Shown here: in pieces, positions 41,571-52,380 of the stretch
How the letters are laid out: every line of letters begins with the position of its first letter
Numbering within the stretch: the stretch's first letter is position 1
Assembly: GCA_963758525.1 (NCBI GenBank)
Contig: CAVWVQ010000003.1
Coordinates: forward strand, 4,672,001 to 4,736,000
DNA from: an uncultured Phycisphaerales bacterium
GTDB taxonomy: Bacteria > Planctomycetota > Phycisphaerae > Tepidisphaerales > Tepidisphaeraceae
DNA: 64,000 nt
Direction: 5' to 3'
Program-made: the position numbers and the translations under genes
The notes under the pieces: model-generated
What the model was told of the DNA's origin: nothing
The model's input: the letters and a program-made list of their open reading frames with translations, nothing else
Database searches by the model: none

Positions 41571-41903
41571 TCACCTGTGCACATGGAAAGTGATATCGAC
41601 CGCCGCGCCCAGCAGGGTCAGGAACGCGCCGATTACGACGGTCCAAAACAACCCTTTTCGTTCCTTCCGCTGGCCCTCGATCTTCGCCTCGTTGTCGACC
41701 GCCTTCTTCTTGAACTCCGCCACGTCAGTCTCGATGGCGATGAGCCTGTAGATCAGCCCATCCTTGATCCTGTCGCCTTCCCCGCCGTTGATCGTCTGGT
41801 TGATCTTCCCGACGGTCGTGAGGATTCCATCGAGCTTCAGATTCACGTCGGTCAGCTCAGCGTTGACCAACTTCCGTCGTCGCACTTCTGGTTTCTCAGC
41901 CAT
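41571..41903 (-). CDS. Coiled-coil protein with C-terminal TM (holin/XhlA-like layout)
   Basis: GLIYRLIAIE..LFWTVVIGAFLTLLGAAV. Confidence 0.6.
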   Translation of the reverse strand: MAEKPEVRRRKLVNAELTDVNLKLDGILTTVGKINQTINGGEGDRIKDGLIYRLIAIETDVAEFKKKAVDNEAKIEGQRKERKGLFWTVVIGAFLTLLGAAVDITFHVHR

Positions 41904-42393
41904 GGGACACCTGCCAGGCTCGACGCCGCAGCAGCAACCCGATGGCTACCGCCTCCCCGATCGCCTCCCGGAACTTCTCGTCCAGAGGCTTGCCGACATA
42001 GCGATGGATCTGCGCGTACTTGATCGCGTCCCTGACGGCACGCATATCGTCGTGAGCCGAAAACAACACCCTGGCCGACAGCGGATTGGTTTCGCTCATC
42101 AGTTTGAGAAACTGCACGCCCCTCATTCCAGGCATCATCTGGTCGCTGACGATGGCGTGTGGCTCGATTCCTGTGCTCAGCAGGCGGACGGCCGCCTCGG
42201 CCGAATCCGCCAGATGCACTACGTAATCATCGCGAAACATCACTTCCAGCATGTGGAGCGTGTCGGAACAATCATCGACGAACAGCACGACGTGGCCCGC
42301 GCGCTCGACGTCCTCGGCCCAGAGCTTCACCAGGGCGTCGCTGAACCCCACGGGTGTCAGTTCCGGGGTAATCGTTTCATCGTCGGGAGTCAT
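41896..42393 (-). CDS. Stand-alone receiver-domain response regulator
   Basis: LFVDD, VSDQMMPGMRG, LFSAH, YVGKP. Confidence 0.92.
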   Translation of the reverse strand: MTPDDETITPELTPVGFSDALVKLWAEDVERAGHVVLFVDDCSDTLHMLEVMFRDDYVVHLADSAEAAVRLLSTGIEPHAIVSDQMMPGMRGVQFLKLMSETNPLSARVLFSAHDDMRAVRDAIKYAQIHRYVGKPLDEKFREAIGEAVAIGLLLRRRAWQVSHG

Positions 42394-42408
42394 GGCCGCG
42401 CACTCTTC

Positions 42409-42987
42409 TCACGCTGCGATGGCGACGCCGAGGGCAAAGCGCCCCGCGGCCATCAGCGTCGCGAGCATCGTGTTCTCGCTGATCGATTCGGCGGAAATCC
42501 CGTACTTCGATGCCGCGCCGATCGCGGCGATCTGGAGCTGGCGGAGGTTGTTGGCCTGGGCGATGTACTGCGGGTGATCCCCGCTCTGCTTGTACTGGGC
42601 CTCGAGCTGGGCCCATTTGAGCGCGTCGGGACCGTACACCGTCGCGAAGGGGACCAGGTCCGCCGCGCTCTTGCCCGTCAGGCTCGCCAGCGACGACGCC
42701 AGCGACTGCACCGCCGCCTGCTCCTGCGCGCTGAGTTCTTTGGCTGTTTCAGTGGGCGCGGGCGCGGCATCGGATTTTAGATGGGCGGTGCCGCCGCTTG
42801 GCATGGGCACCTCGATCGGCGTCTTGGCAATGCCGTCAGCGGGCGCGACGTGCGGCAGTTCCGCGGTGGCGACAGAAACCGCCGGCGGCTCCGCGGGGAT
42901 CTCCAGTGATGGCGCGGTGGAATGCTCGACGGCCGCGTGTTGAGCGGTTTCAGTTTCGTTGGTCTGTGTGTGGGTGATGGGGTTCAT
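42409..42987 (-). CDS. Hypothetical protein
   Basis: 192 aa, Pro/Ala-rich N terminus, hydrophobic C terminus. Confidence 0.6.
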   Translation of the reverse strand: MNPITHTQTNETETAQHAAVEHSTAPSLEIPAEPPAVSVATAELPHVAPADGIAKTPIEVPMPSGGTAHLKSDAAPAPTETAKELSAQEQAAVQSLASSLASLTGKSAADLVPFATVYGPDALKWAQLEAQYKQSGDHPQYIAQANNLRQLQIAAIGAASKYGISAESISENTMLATLMAAGRFALGVAIAA

Positions 42988-43888
42988 TGGCTTGGTGCGC
43001 CGCGCCGCCGAACAGCGGGGAGCGCGCCTCCTCTTGGTTGATCAGGGCGTCCATGGTCGCGGCGTTCGCCTCACGCAAGGCTTTCGCGTCCGGATCCAGC
43101 AGCGGATCGGCCGAGACATAGTTCAGGTACTCCGGCTCGGCGCGCACCCACGCGGCTTTCACGGTCGGCTCGGTGATCGTCTTCACATCGGCCGTCGCGC
43201 TCTGCAGGGCGCCCGCATCGCTCAGGATCTGCGCCCGTGACGATCCCCCCAGCGTGGAGTCGGCCGTCGCGTACGTGGTCAGCTCTGTGGCGACTTGCGG
43301 GCCCATCGCCGCGGCGTACGTCCGAAATGGCGCGGAGGCGCTACAGCCGGTCAGGCATGTGAGCATCAGGAGCGCGATCACCAAGGCCCCCGCGAGTTTC
43401 TTGGCGCCAGCTTGGTTGGATGCTGCCGAGCTGTTCGAAGCTTGTGCGTTCATCATTTCGAATGCCTCCGTGAGTGCGTCTCCGTCGGTCGTCGAGGCGG
43501 TCTGGGCGGCGCTAGCCAGCTTGTCGGCGACGGTTTTCAGTTGTCCCGAGAGTTGCGGCTCGATCCCCTGGATCACGCCGGCCGCCTGGTGCAGCAGCTC
43601 GGATGGCGGAATATCGGTACCGGCGCCCACCTGCACGACCAGCTTCTGCCCGGTCGATTGCATGCCCGCCGGGACGGTTCCCTCGACGGTCTTGCCGTCC
43701 ACATAGTGCTGACCGGCCGACCAGATCGTTGCCAAGGTAAAGAGGCCGCCGACGAAGGTGATCGCAGCCGTCTGGCGATCCGCAGGCACGTTGAGCAGCG
43801 TCAGGCCCGCGGCCAGGATCGTCAGGGCATAGACCCGAAAATGTGGATCCCGCAACAGACTGCGCAACTCCTGTAGCCAAGTGGGCAT
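42950..43888 (-). CDS. Two-TM (holin-like) protein fused to an internal lipoprotein-signal domain
   Basis: Two N-terminal TM helices; KKLAGALVIALLMLTCLTGC lipobox mid-protein. Confidence 0.6.
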   Translation of the reverse strand: MPTWLQELRSLLRDPHFRVYALTILAAGLTLLNVPADRQTAAITFVGGLFTLATIWSAGQHYVDGKTVEGTVPAGMQSTGQKLVVQVGAGTDIPPSELLHQAAGVIQGIEPQLSGQLKTVADKLASAAQTASTTDGDALTEAFEMMNAQASNSSAASNQAGAKKLAGALVIALLMLTCLTGCSASAPFRTYAAAMGPQVATELTTYATADSTLGGSSRAQILSDAGALQSATADVKTITEPTVKAAWVRAEPEYLNYVSADPLLDPDAKALREANAATMDALINQEEARSPLFGGAAHQANEPHHPHTDQRN

Positions 43889-43993
43889 GTGTTCAGCCTC
43901 AAAATCCGGGATCGATCGACGGGGAGTTCTATCGGCCGGGGCGGGTGCGGGCGTGAGGGATCATGAGCCCCAACATGGGCCCCATCATGAGCC

Positions 43994-45339
43994 TCACACA
44001 TCCGTGGCGGTGCAGTACTGGAATCCCCCGTTGCCCGCGCCGACGTTCCATTTGCTCAGGACGTAAACGATGGGCGTCTGCCACCCCTTGGATCCGTTGA
44101 CGCTGTAGGGAGCAAAGTCGGCGCTGACCGGGAAATCCGGGCAACCTCCCGCGGGGTTGCCGAGCGTGAAATCGGTGTGGGCCGCAGTGGAGTTCATCGC
44201 TTCAGTGTTGACCAGCGCGAAGGCGTTATTGCCGACGCCGTCGCCATTGGCATCAAAGATCGCCCGGAATCCCGGAGCGGATCCAGACGCGTACCAATAG
44301 GAGTTGCGGGCGATCGCGGCAGGATAGAGCGAGCGGAACGTCTGCTGTCCCCGGTTGTAGTAGGCGCTCCATGGATTGCTGCCGCCGCTGCTGTTGTCTA
44401 TCGATGCGATCGCCAACGCCGCGCCGCCTGCGCCGCGGCGCGAGTAGCATAGTCCGCCTGCGCCGCCGCGACCGCCGCTGCCACTGTCGGATAGCCGTTT
44501 ACCTGTTGACTGACGCTCTGTGGCCCGGCCTGGCCGGTGCCCACCGGAACGGCGAAGGTCCATCGGAGCTGATCGAGGACCAGGCGCAGCTCTTCGAGCT
44601 GGATGCAGGTGATGTAGTCGCCGATGTTGTGGAAACCAAAGTAGCCATCCCCGCCCATATCGATTCGCCCGGTAGGCGAATTGTTGAACCAGGAGAGGTT
44701 GTTCGGCGGCGCGAAGGTGTTGTCCAGCAGATCCGGCGTTGCGGTGTTGTCCAGCACCCAGGAAGTGCCATCAAACCGATACCAGCGAAATGGCTGGCCT
44801 GAACCGTACAGGTGCTCAGCGCACTGGCCGGCGATCGCCGGGTTGCCGTCGACGTCATAGAGGGAGCTGGTTGAATAGATCTGCCGCGGCGCCTGCCGTC
44901 GCCATGATCCGGTTGGTCCCGTCATGGCCGTCGCCCCCGCACCGCCGAGGACCTGGTACCGCAAGACCGGCGGCAAGCCCGCCAAAGACCGCGCCCGATC
45001 GATCGTCATCGCGGGGATCGACCCCGGAACGGCACCGGCCAGCGCGCCCGCATTCGAATAGTCCACAAAATACTGGAACTGGATCGACTGCAGTCCCCGC
45101 AGCAGACCATAGTCAGGGGTGTTGCTCGCATACTGCTGTACGAACTGCACGTCCGTGCCCGCGGAGATGGCGCCGCCGGCCAGCGTCGGCAGCAGCGCGA
45201 GCGCGCCTGCATTGGTGATCCCCGAAATCGTCGCCGCCACAAGCTGCCGCTCGTTGAACGCGGCGATCAGCATGTTCCAGACCGCCGCCGCGTCGTTCAG
45301 ATCGGTCCCCGCGGTGATTGGCGCAGTCCAACTAGGCAT
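43994..45339 (-). CDS. Putative tail protein, frameshifted near 44425
   Basis: MPSWTAPITAG frame (ORF 44398..45495) continues in ORF 43994..44563. Confidence 0.55.
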
Positions 45340-45988
45340 GCGCGCGGTTCCAGTCTGCCACGAGGTTCGGAGCGCCCGAGCTCGTGCCGGAGTTGGCAAG
45401 CACTTGGTATTCGGCTGTGAACCGCGGCATCGTCGGCGGCTGGAAAAGCATATACGTGCCAGGGGCGAGTGGCAGGTACGGGAGGATGTCCCCAACGTTT
45501 GCCGAAAGACACTGGGCAGCGCTGCTCAGAGGGAACTGGATGTAGATCCCCGGCACGTCCGCGCCGCTGGGACCGCTGATCGCATCTCCGGTGAACGCGC
45601 AGGGCGTGAGCGTCACCTGGTTCGTGCCGGGCACCCACAGGCTCTTGAGCTTGCCCCAGCGCAGGTTCAACCCGCCGCCCGCGATTTCCATCCATGGAAC
45701 CTGCGAACCCATGTAAGTCCCCGACGTGCCGCCGCTGGGCCGTGTGGCCTGGATCACGTCCCCCACAGCATGGCTGCTGGCGATGGCCTGTTTGATGATG
45801 TAATTGCGCGTCCCGACCTGGCTGCCGTCATCGCGGCAGAGGTTGCAGAGCAGCAGGTTGCCGTTGTCGCCGAGATCCACCTGCGCGATTTTAAAAAAGC
45901 GGATCTCGCGGATCGAGCCGCCGCCCTCGGCCGGCTCGGGACGATGGGTATCAAATTGCGGTGTCTCACGGCAGGCGCTGTTACTCAT
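45332..45988 (-). CDS. Putative tail protein
   Basis: Overlaps both neighbours; ends ADWNRAHA. Confidence 0.55.
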   Translation of the reverse strand: MSNSACRETPQFDTHRPEPAEGGGSIREIRFFKIAQVDLGDNGNLLLCNLCRDDGSQVGTRNYIIKQAIASSHAVGDVIQATRPSGGTSGTYMGSQVPWMEIAGGGLNLRWGKLKSLWVPGTNQVTLTPCAFTGDAISGPSGADVPGIYIQFPLSSAAQCLSANVGDILPYLPLAPGTYMLFQPPTMPRFTAEYQVLANSGTSSGAPNLVADWNRAHA

Positions 45989-48386
45989 GCCAGATGCTCC
46001 GTCCCGGGGATTTCCGGCGCGGGGGATCCCGGCGCGCCGGGTTCGCGTCACCGGCCTGCGTCACTCCCGCCGGCCGCTTGCGGTTGTCGTGCTCGAACTT
46101 GAGCTTATGCAGTTTGCGGACCTTCAGCGCGGTGGTCTCGGTGAGCAGCTCGATCTTGCACGACGCCGGATCCAGGTGCATAGCCACGATCTGGCCGCCG
46201 CTTCCGCCGCCCCCGGCGCCGCCGCCGAGGCTGAGATTGCGGCCGTTGATCGTCGAGCACATCGAGCCGATCGCCTGCAACTGCCAGTCGGCCGAGCACA
46301 GGATCGACGCGTGCGTGTTCATGTTCTGCCATGCCGCACGTCCTTCCTTTGCGTAGGTCAGCGCTTTGTCGCTGGTGTCGATCGGATCGGCATCAATGCC
46401 CAGTGGGCTGGTGATGCCATCGTCTACGACCTCCGTCTTGATGAAATCCCGCTCGGCGAGAATGGCGCACTTTCTAACGAAGGGAGAGCCGCTGGACGCC
46501 TGGCGATCGGCGGTTTGCTTCAGCATGCAATCCGCGGCGATCGAGCCCTCGAGCATGAGATAACAAACGCCCTGGTCGAGCAATGTCGCGAAGGTGCGAG
46601 CGTCGTCGAGATTGGACAGATCCTCCTCCTCATCTTCGGGCACCACGCTGTGATCCTCCAACGGCGTCCATTCCGCCAGATCGCGCGCGGTGATCCAGAC
46701 TGCCGCGCGCTCGTGATCCAGCCGCCAGTTGCTGCTGTGGACGCGGACCCAGTTCTGCTGATCGCTGGAAATAAACAGCGTCGGCGGCACGCGCCGCCAG
46801 CCATCGGGCGAGCTGGGATCCGGATAGACAGTGTCGAGGATGCGCCGGCGCCGCCGGCAGTAATTGCCCGCATCCCCTCCCTCCCCATCGGCGATGTCGG
46901 TCAGGTCTGGCGTCCACCAATCCAGCTCGGTGGCCGTGCTGTTGTTCGAATACCAGGGCGCGTTGGCGCCGGTCGCTGTCGCGGGATACTCGCCGCTCTC
47001 GTTCCAGACGAACAGCCGCATGACGTGGCGGTATTTGTCGAAGTTGACGCCGGTCGTCGTGAATTGATCGCGCCACAGATCGCTCTTGCCGGCAACGTCG
47101 ATCGAGTTGATGTCGATGGCGGCGCCGGTGCCGGGCATAGACAGGTGATACTGACCAAAGTCGATGTCGTTCTTGGTCCATCCCTGCTGGAGCATGCAGT
47201 TCTTCGCCTTCGCGTTGCCCCCGCCGGCGTGGGCGGACGCGGTGTCTCCCGAGTAATACATCAGCTTCACATGACGAAGCAGCCGGGCGTAGCAATCGAC
47301 GCTGTTGACGACCTTGTCGATCGACTTGACGGCCTGCAGCCGCTGCACGCTGGCGATCGCGGCCGAGGCGGTGGTGCCGCGCTTGTTGAGGTAGAGATTC
47401 GCCGCTGGTCCCGTCCCGCGCACGATGAACGCGAAATTAAACGGTCCCCAATCACTGCCCCCGGGCGGCGCGGGATCGCCGACGTTGCCTACCTGAACTG
47501 TCGGCCGCGGATCCACGTAGAACGCGTATTTCGGCCCGGCGGCGCGTTTGAACGCTTCCCACAAGCCAAGGCCGTCGATGTTCACTTCGCCCATCGTGTC
47601 CGTGTCGGGGATCACCTCCTGGTTGTCCCAATCGACGTTGGTGATGCCGGTCAGCGGCAGATCGTTGTAGGAATAATCCAGGTACCGGCAGGCCTCGCGC
47701 GGCGTCCAGAAATCCGCCAGCGGCGTCGTTCCGTTCATCCGGTCGGGGATCTCGAAGCACTGGCCGTTGTTGTCGCCGTACAGGTAAACATCATCCGGCG
47801 ACGTCATGTTCTTGCGTCCGCCGGGATTGAAGATGGCGCGTTCGTCGGTGAACGTATTGAGGGACGGGTACAAGTGAGTGATCTGACCGGGATTCAGTAT
47901 CCATACATCGTCATCCGATGCAGAACGGCGCCGCTGCCCCACGATCGGGATCGCCGCCCCGTTCTGCGGTTCGGCGCCCCAGATCCACTCCGGCCCCGCG
48001 ATGTGGAACGACAAACGCTCGGCCTTCTCGTCGATGAGGATCGAACCGCCCGTCGCATACCCCTGGAAGATGCAGTTGGTGGAGTTGCCGACCACAACCA
48101 CAATAGCCACGCGATCGCCGACGTTAATCGTGGCGTCGTTCTCGACGTTCACCTGCGTCTTCACCACCGGCGGCGCGTTGATGACCGACACTTTCGCGTA
48201 GCTCATACCCACGACGCTGCTCCCATAGAAGCAGCCGTCGAAACGCACGGCCGGCTGCCGCTTCCAGTCGTTCCACTTGGGATCTGCCGTCGGATCATTG
48301 TTGGGCACGCACGTGGCGACGTAGACGTCGTAGCTGCCGGCGTCGACGCTGAGATTGTTGGGTTGCTGATTGTCGCTGAAGATCAT
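45981..48386 (-). CDS. Putative tail tip/hub protein
   Basis: 801 aa, beta-rich, second large gene after the tape measure (positional inference). Confidence 0.6.
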   Translation of the reverse strand: MIFSDNQQPNNLSVDAGSYDVYVATCVPNNDPTADPKWNDWKRQPAVRFDGCFYGSSVVGMSYAKVSVINAPPVVKTQVNVENDATINVGDRVAIVVVVGNSTNCIFQGYATGGSILIDEKAERLSFHIAGPEWIWGAEPQNGAAIPIVGQRRRSASDDDVWILNPGQITHLYPSLNTFTDERAIFNPGGRKNMTSPDDVYLYGDNNGQCFEIPDRMNGTTPLADFWTPREACRYLDYSYNDLPLTGITNVDWDNQEVIPDTDTMGEVNIDGLGLWEAFKRAAGPKYAFYVDPRPTVQVGNVGDPAPPGGSDWGPFNFAFIVRGTGPAANLYLNKRGTTASAAIASVQRLQAVKSIDKVVNSVDCYARLLRHVKLMYYSGDTASAHAGGGNAKAKNCMLQQGWTKNDIDFGQYHLSMPGTGAAIDINSIDVAGKSDLWRDQFTTTGVNFDKYRHVMRLFVWNESGEYPATATGANAPWYSNNSTATELDWWTPDLTDIADGEGGDAGNYCRRRRRILDTVYPDPSSPDGWRRVPPTLFISSDQQNWVRVHSSNWRLDHERAAVWITARDLAEWTPLEDHSVVPEDEEEDLSNLDDARTFATLLDQGVCYLMLEGSIAADCMLKQTADRQASSGSPFVRKCAILAERDFIKTEVVDDGITSPLGIDADPIDTSDKALTYAKEGRAAWQNMNTHASILCSADWQLQAIGSMCSTINGRNLSLGGGAGGGGSGGQIVAMHLDPASCKIELLTETTALKVRKLHKLKFEHDNRKRPAGVTQAGDANPARRDPPRRKSPGRSIWHE

Positions 48387-48391
48387 TGGAA

Positions 48392-48856
48392 TTACCCGCC
48401 CAGCCCCGCGAAGTCACCGCCGCCGCTCAGCCCCGCGCCCGATGATGAGCCGGTCCAGTATCCGCTGGGCGACATCCACTCGATCACGCCCTGCACGATC
48501 ACCGTCACCGCCGATTGCGCCGATGGCATGGTGCAGCCCTCGAACTCGCCGATCGGGCCGAAGCTGCTCAGCAGGCAGTTGTTGTAGCTGTTTCCAGCCG
48601 AGTCGACGAAGGTATAGAGCTGGCCGTTCTCCAGGCTCACGCCTGCCTCGATCGCGTCAATGAGCGACGCCATGCTCAAGCCCGTCACCCGCCCGCGGAC
48701 GGTCCACATGATCGGATCGCGGCCCAGGCGGTAGATGCGGGCGCCATCGACGCCGGGCAAAAACTCGCGCATGGCGCGGTATTTCCCGGTCGGGCCCTTG
48801 ATGGTGCTCGTGGGCGCTCCCCAGATCGGCTGGCCGGCGAAGGTGTGGACGCTCAT
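48392..48856 (-). CDS. Putative distal tail protein
   Basis: 154 aa downstream of the tape measure (positional inference). Confidence 0.55.
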   Translation of the reverse strand: MSVHTFAGQPIWGAPTSTIKGPTGKYRAMREFLPGVDGARIYRLGRDPIMWTVRGRVTGLSMASLIDAIEAGVSLENGQLYTFVDSAGNSYNNCLLSSFGPIGEFEGCTMPSAQSAVTVIVQGVIEWMSPSGYWTGSSSGAGLSGGGDFAGLGG

Positions 48857-48890
48857 CGGATAGCGATATCGGCCGGGATTGGGGCGGACG

Positions 48891-49043
48891 CTATTGGCCC
48901 AAACGCCTGGGGCTTCTGCGCCAGCGGTTCCAACAGCGCCTGGCCGTGGAAACAGAGATGCCGAACCGGCCGGCTACCACCGCCATCGGAGTGCCAATGG
49001 TGACCAGATAAGCGACATCATACGAGGTGCTGACGCTGATCAT
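48891..49043 (-). CDS. 50-aa HTH-like ORF absent from the ORF track
   Basis: ATGA overlap with the tape-measure stop; ..VVAGRFGISVSTARRCWNRWRR.. Confidence 0.5.
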   Translation of the reverse strand: MISVSTSYDVAYLVTIGTPMAVVAGRFGISVSTARRCWNRWRRSPRRLGQ

Positions 49044-51750
49044 GTCTCCGCCGGTCCTCTTAGATCGGGAAACTCATCCTCGCCGTTACTAAAGAACGCG
49101 TTGCCGTAGTGGGTGTGATACTCCGTGTGCTCGTAATGGTGGTGGACCGCCGAGGCGTCGGCGTGAGGGCCGGGCGGCGGCGCGCTGGGCTGGGGGGAGG
49201 GATCAGGCGCGGCGGAAGTCGGCGGCGTCGCGATTAGCCTGTATAGGGGTGAAGTGTTCGGGACCAACGTACGATCCAATAGCTCATTACTCCCGGGCTG
49301 CAAGTCGGAGACGACATGCCAAGTCTTGCCGTCATCATCTGACCGCTCCACCCGCGTGCCGGCCTTGCCCTCGTTCGTGTCGATCCATGTGACGTCCGCA
49401 GTGTTGGCTCCTCGACGCGTTATATTCCCCCAAGCGGGCGCATTCAGATTCACCACGGGCGACGGCACCGCAGGCGCCGGCGGAGCAACTGCTCCTGGCG
49501 ATTGGCTTCCAGCGGGCCGCGGATTGAAGTTCTGCGCCTCAGTATCCGACAACAACAGTCCGAATGATCGTGCGAACGAAGCAATGTTTGCGCTGTAAAG
49601 TCCGGGGCTGACCGTATTCAGCATCGCGTCTTTGTCACCGACCTTGGCCTTAAACTCTTGATAAAGCGCCGAAACCCGCTCGCGGACATCCCCTGGAAGG
49701 TCCCGACGTGCGAGGAACGTGCGGAAATCAGAGTCCAGCTCGTCATACGCCGCGTCCGCCAGGTGCTTGTCCTTGTTGTCCGCAAAGCTCTGAATCTTGT
49801 CCATCAGGCTGCTGTCGAGTTGGACCTCGTATCCCTGGCTCTTGGCGTTCAGAACGTAATCGGTTTTGGCCCGCGTCAGGAGCCGCGCCGCATACATATC
49901 CCCGGAATCAGTCCCTTGGCGTTTATCGATTTCCGACAGGGCGTCTGTTCGATGTTGCTTGGTGCTGTCGAATTGTTCGAATGCACTGTTCGCACTGTCG
50001 GTCGATTTCCCGTCCGCCGAGCCCATGACGCCGGCGACCTGATTGATCTTCGCGTTCGGATCACTTGTGCGCAGGGATTCGATGTTGTCCAGCCGCCGGA
50101 ACTGGCCGCCGACTGCGGTGTTGAACTCATTCATCTTCTGGTCAGTGTCGAGCCCGACAATCGTCGGCAGCACAACATCGGTGACCCGTTTATCGATCCC
50201 GATTTTCGCGTAAGCTGCCTGCTCCCGCTCGGATTGAATCGTCGCCTTCACCTTGTTCATCGCGCTGTCGATTGCATCGCGCAGCCGCTGGCCTTCATCC
50301 TCCCTGTCCCGGATCGATCGCGCGGCGTCGGCATTGCGCGGGGCCAGCTCGGCCGCGGCCTTCTCCGGATCAAAATCCTTGAGGGCATTGGCCCGTTCGG
50401 TTACCTGTGTTTCGGTCAGCGGCTTGCACCGTGCCACATTCCCCGCACATAGGCTTCCTTCTCCTTGTCCTCGATGTCGGCCAGCTTCTTCTGATCCGAC
50501 CGGAAGGCCCGGCCGGCCGAGGACTTGTCGGCTCCAAGCACTGCCTCCGCGTCGGCATCCTGCGCGTCCGTTACTTTCGTGACACCCATCTGCGCAGCGC
50601 GGTGAGCAAAATACTCACGGGATTCCTTGGTAGTGCCTTGTGCGAAAGCGTACGTTTGTTTGGTCGCATCCGCCGCCGCATCCTCGCCGGCCCGGGTTTG
50701 AAGGAACGCCGAGTAAACGCCGGCAGCGCGGTTCAGATCGACGCCTTTTCCAACTTCAGGAAGAACCGCAGAGACCAGGCCTCGCACATAATCGCCCATG
50801 GTTGCTGAGCCGCTCACCCTGAATCCGGCTTCGGCTTTCGCGATGACATCAGCGAAGCCCTGGGCTGTGTTGTTGCCCGTGGAATTTGCCAGGCGAGCGA
50901 TGTTGGTAATGGTGTCCTTGTCCATTCCCAGACGCGCTTCGGCATAGCCCACCTGCGCCGCATATTTCATTCCCTCGGCGGTGCGAGGATCGTGTCCGAA
51001 GGATTGGGCGATGTCCAAAGCCGCGAGCCCTTGATCCTGATTCACCGGAGCTGCAAGCGATAGATCCCTGAGCAGCTTGATGACTGTCGCCTGCGCCGTC
51101 GAACTGCCCCCGAGTCCGAGCGTTGCAATCGTGTTGTTGAGTTTGTCATCAAAGCTGAGTCGCCCCGCGGTCAGCTCATCCTGCGCCTCTTTCACTTCCC
51201 GAAGCTTGTCCAGGAACTTCTGGAAGATCTCAATGACTCCGTAGATTCCAATATAGGTGCTGAGCCACGCCTGCACTTGCCCTGCCAGGCCGCTTGTTGC
51301 CGCTCCGACGTTCCTGGTTGCCCCGGCGACATTGTTGATGTTGGTGACCGTGGTGTTTGCAACGTTGTTCACGTTGTTAATCTGGACGTTCATCTGATTG
51401 AGGTGGGCCGCATACGCCCCTGCCGCGGCCGCACCCTGCGAGGAGGCCTGCGTCAGTCCGCTGATCGGCACGATCGCATTCTCTGCGGCGTCCGCCTGCA
51501 CGGTGCTCGATTGTGCCGCGGCGCGCGAAGCCTCGCTGACTTGATCAAAGGCTTCTGCGGCTTCCCCCGCCTGAGATGCGGCGGCGCCCAATTGTTGGCC
51601 CAGGTCTCGGACGGATTTCTCGGCCTGGGTGACCGAGGCGTCCGACTGCTGCACCTTTTCGTTGAGTGTTCCCAGCTCGGTAACGAACACCTGGGTTGCC
51701 GTCACAGCCTCGGAGGTTGTGAAATCCACTTGGATCTTCAGTGATTCCAT
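49040..51750 (-). CDS. Tape measure protein, frameshifted near 50430, with FN3-like C terminus
   Basis: MESLKIQVDF start, Ala/Gln-rich helical sequence; VTWIDT..RVERSDDDGKTW..LYRLIA near the end. Confidence 0.7.
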
Positions 51751-51756
51751 GGCTGA

Positions 51757-52338
51757 CTATCTCTTGATCAAAAAGCGGCGTAATCGTTGGAGCGGAGAGG
51801 TGCGAGCACTGACCGCCTTGGCGGTTACGGGCCGGCAGTGCGCAACAGGAGGATCCTTTACGACGTCTGTAGTGTGAGGCGGCGATGCAACCAGTGCTGC
51901 CAATCGCTGAACGATGTCATTGCCGCCGAGGGCGTGGCGAATGATGGGCTCGTACCACTTCTGGCCGCTCAAAATGAAAGTCAGATCTTCGTCGGCAAGG
52001 GCGGTCGCCCCCTCTGATTGATAGGACAGCCGCACAAGGGCAGCGGCATACCGATACAGGGGAAGCGCGGCGTCGACAATGGAAATCAAACCATGTCCCT
52101 CGACGTTGAGCCCGCGAATCAGATCGTCGCGAAGCTGGCGTATCGTGGGGTCGTCCAGGCAGGACGGAACCTGGTGAATTTCGGGCTCCCCATTCACGAA
52201 GCGCCATCCGGAGCCGCACCGGGGCGACGCGAGTCGCAGCATGTAACTTCCATCAGGTCCGAACCCCCTGACAGGTTCGTGCAGGGAAGTGAGCGGCTTT
52301 TGTCGCGTGCGGATCCACGCGAGCTGTGGGCTTTCCAT
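51757..52338 (-). CDS. Hypothetical protein in tail-chaperone position
   Basis: 193 aa immediately upstream of the tape measure. Confidence 0.5.
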   Translation of the reverse strand: MESPQLAWIRTRQKPLTSLHEPVRGFGPDGSYMLRLASPRCGSGWRFVNGEPEIHQVPSCLDDPTIRQLRDDLIRGLNVEGHGLISIVDAALPLYRYAAALVRLSYQSEGATALADEDLTFILSGQKWYEPIIRHALGGNDIVQRLAALVASPPHTTDVVKDPPVAHCRPVTAKAVSARTSPLQRLRRFLIKR

Positions 52339-52380
52339 GCCCCCGTTATCGACCAGGACGGGCCACTGGGCCAGTTGCCC

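Noticed and set aside
34206..48386. Diversity-generating retroelement or shufflon acting on tail fibres
   Set aside because: No reverse transcriptase, invertase or template/variable repeat pair seen by eye; a self-alignment would settle it.
45804..48587. 927-aa plus-strand ORF and similar long antisense ORFs (31846..33852, 57211..58815)
   Set aside because: Shadow frames of real genes in GC-rich DNA with no recognisable motifs.
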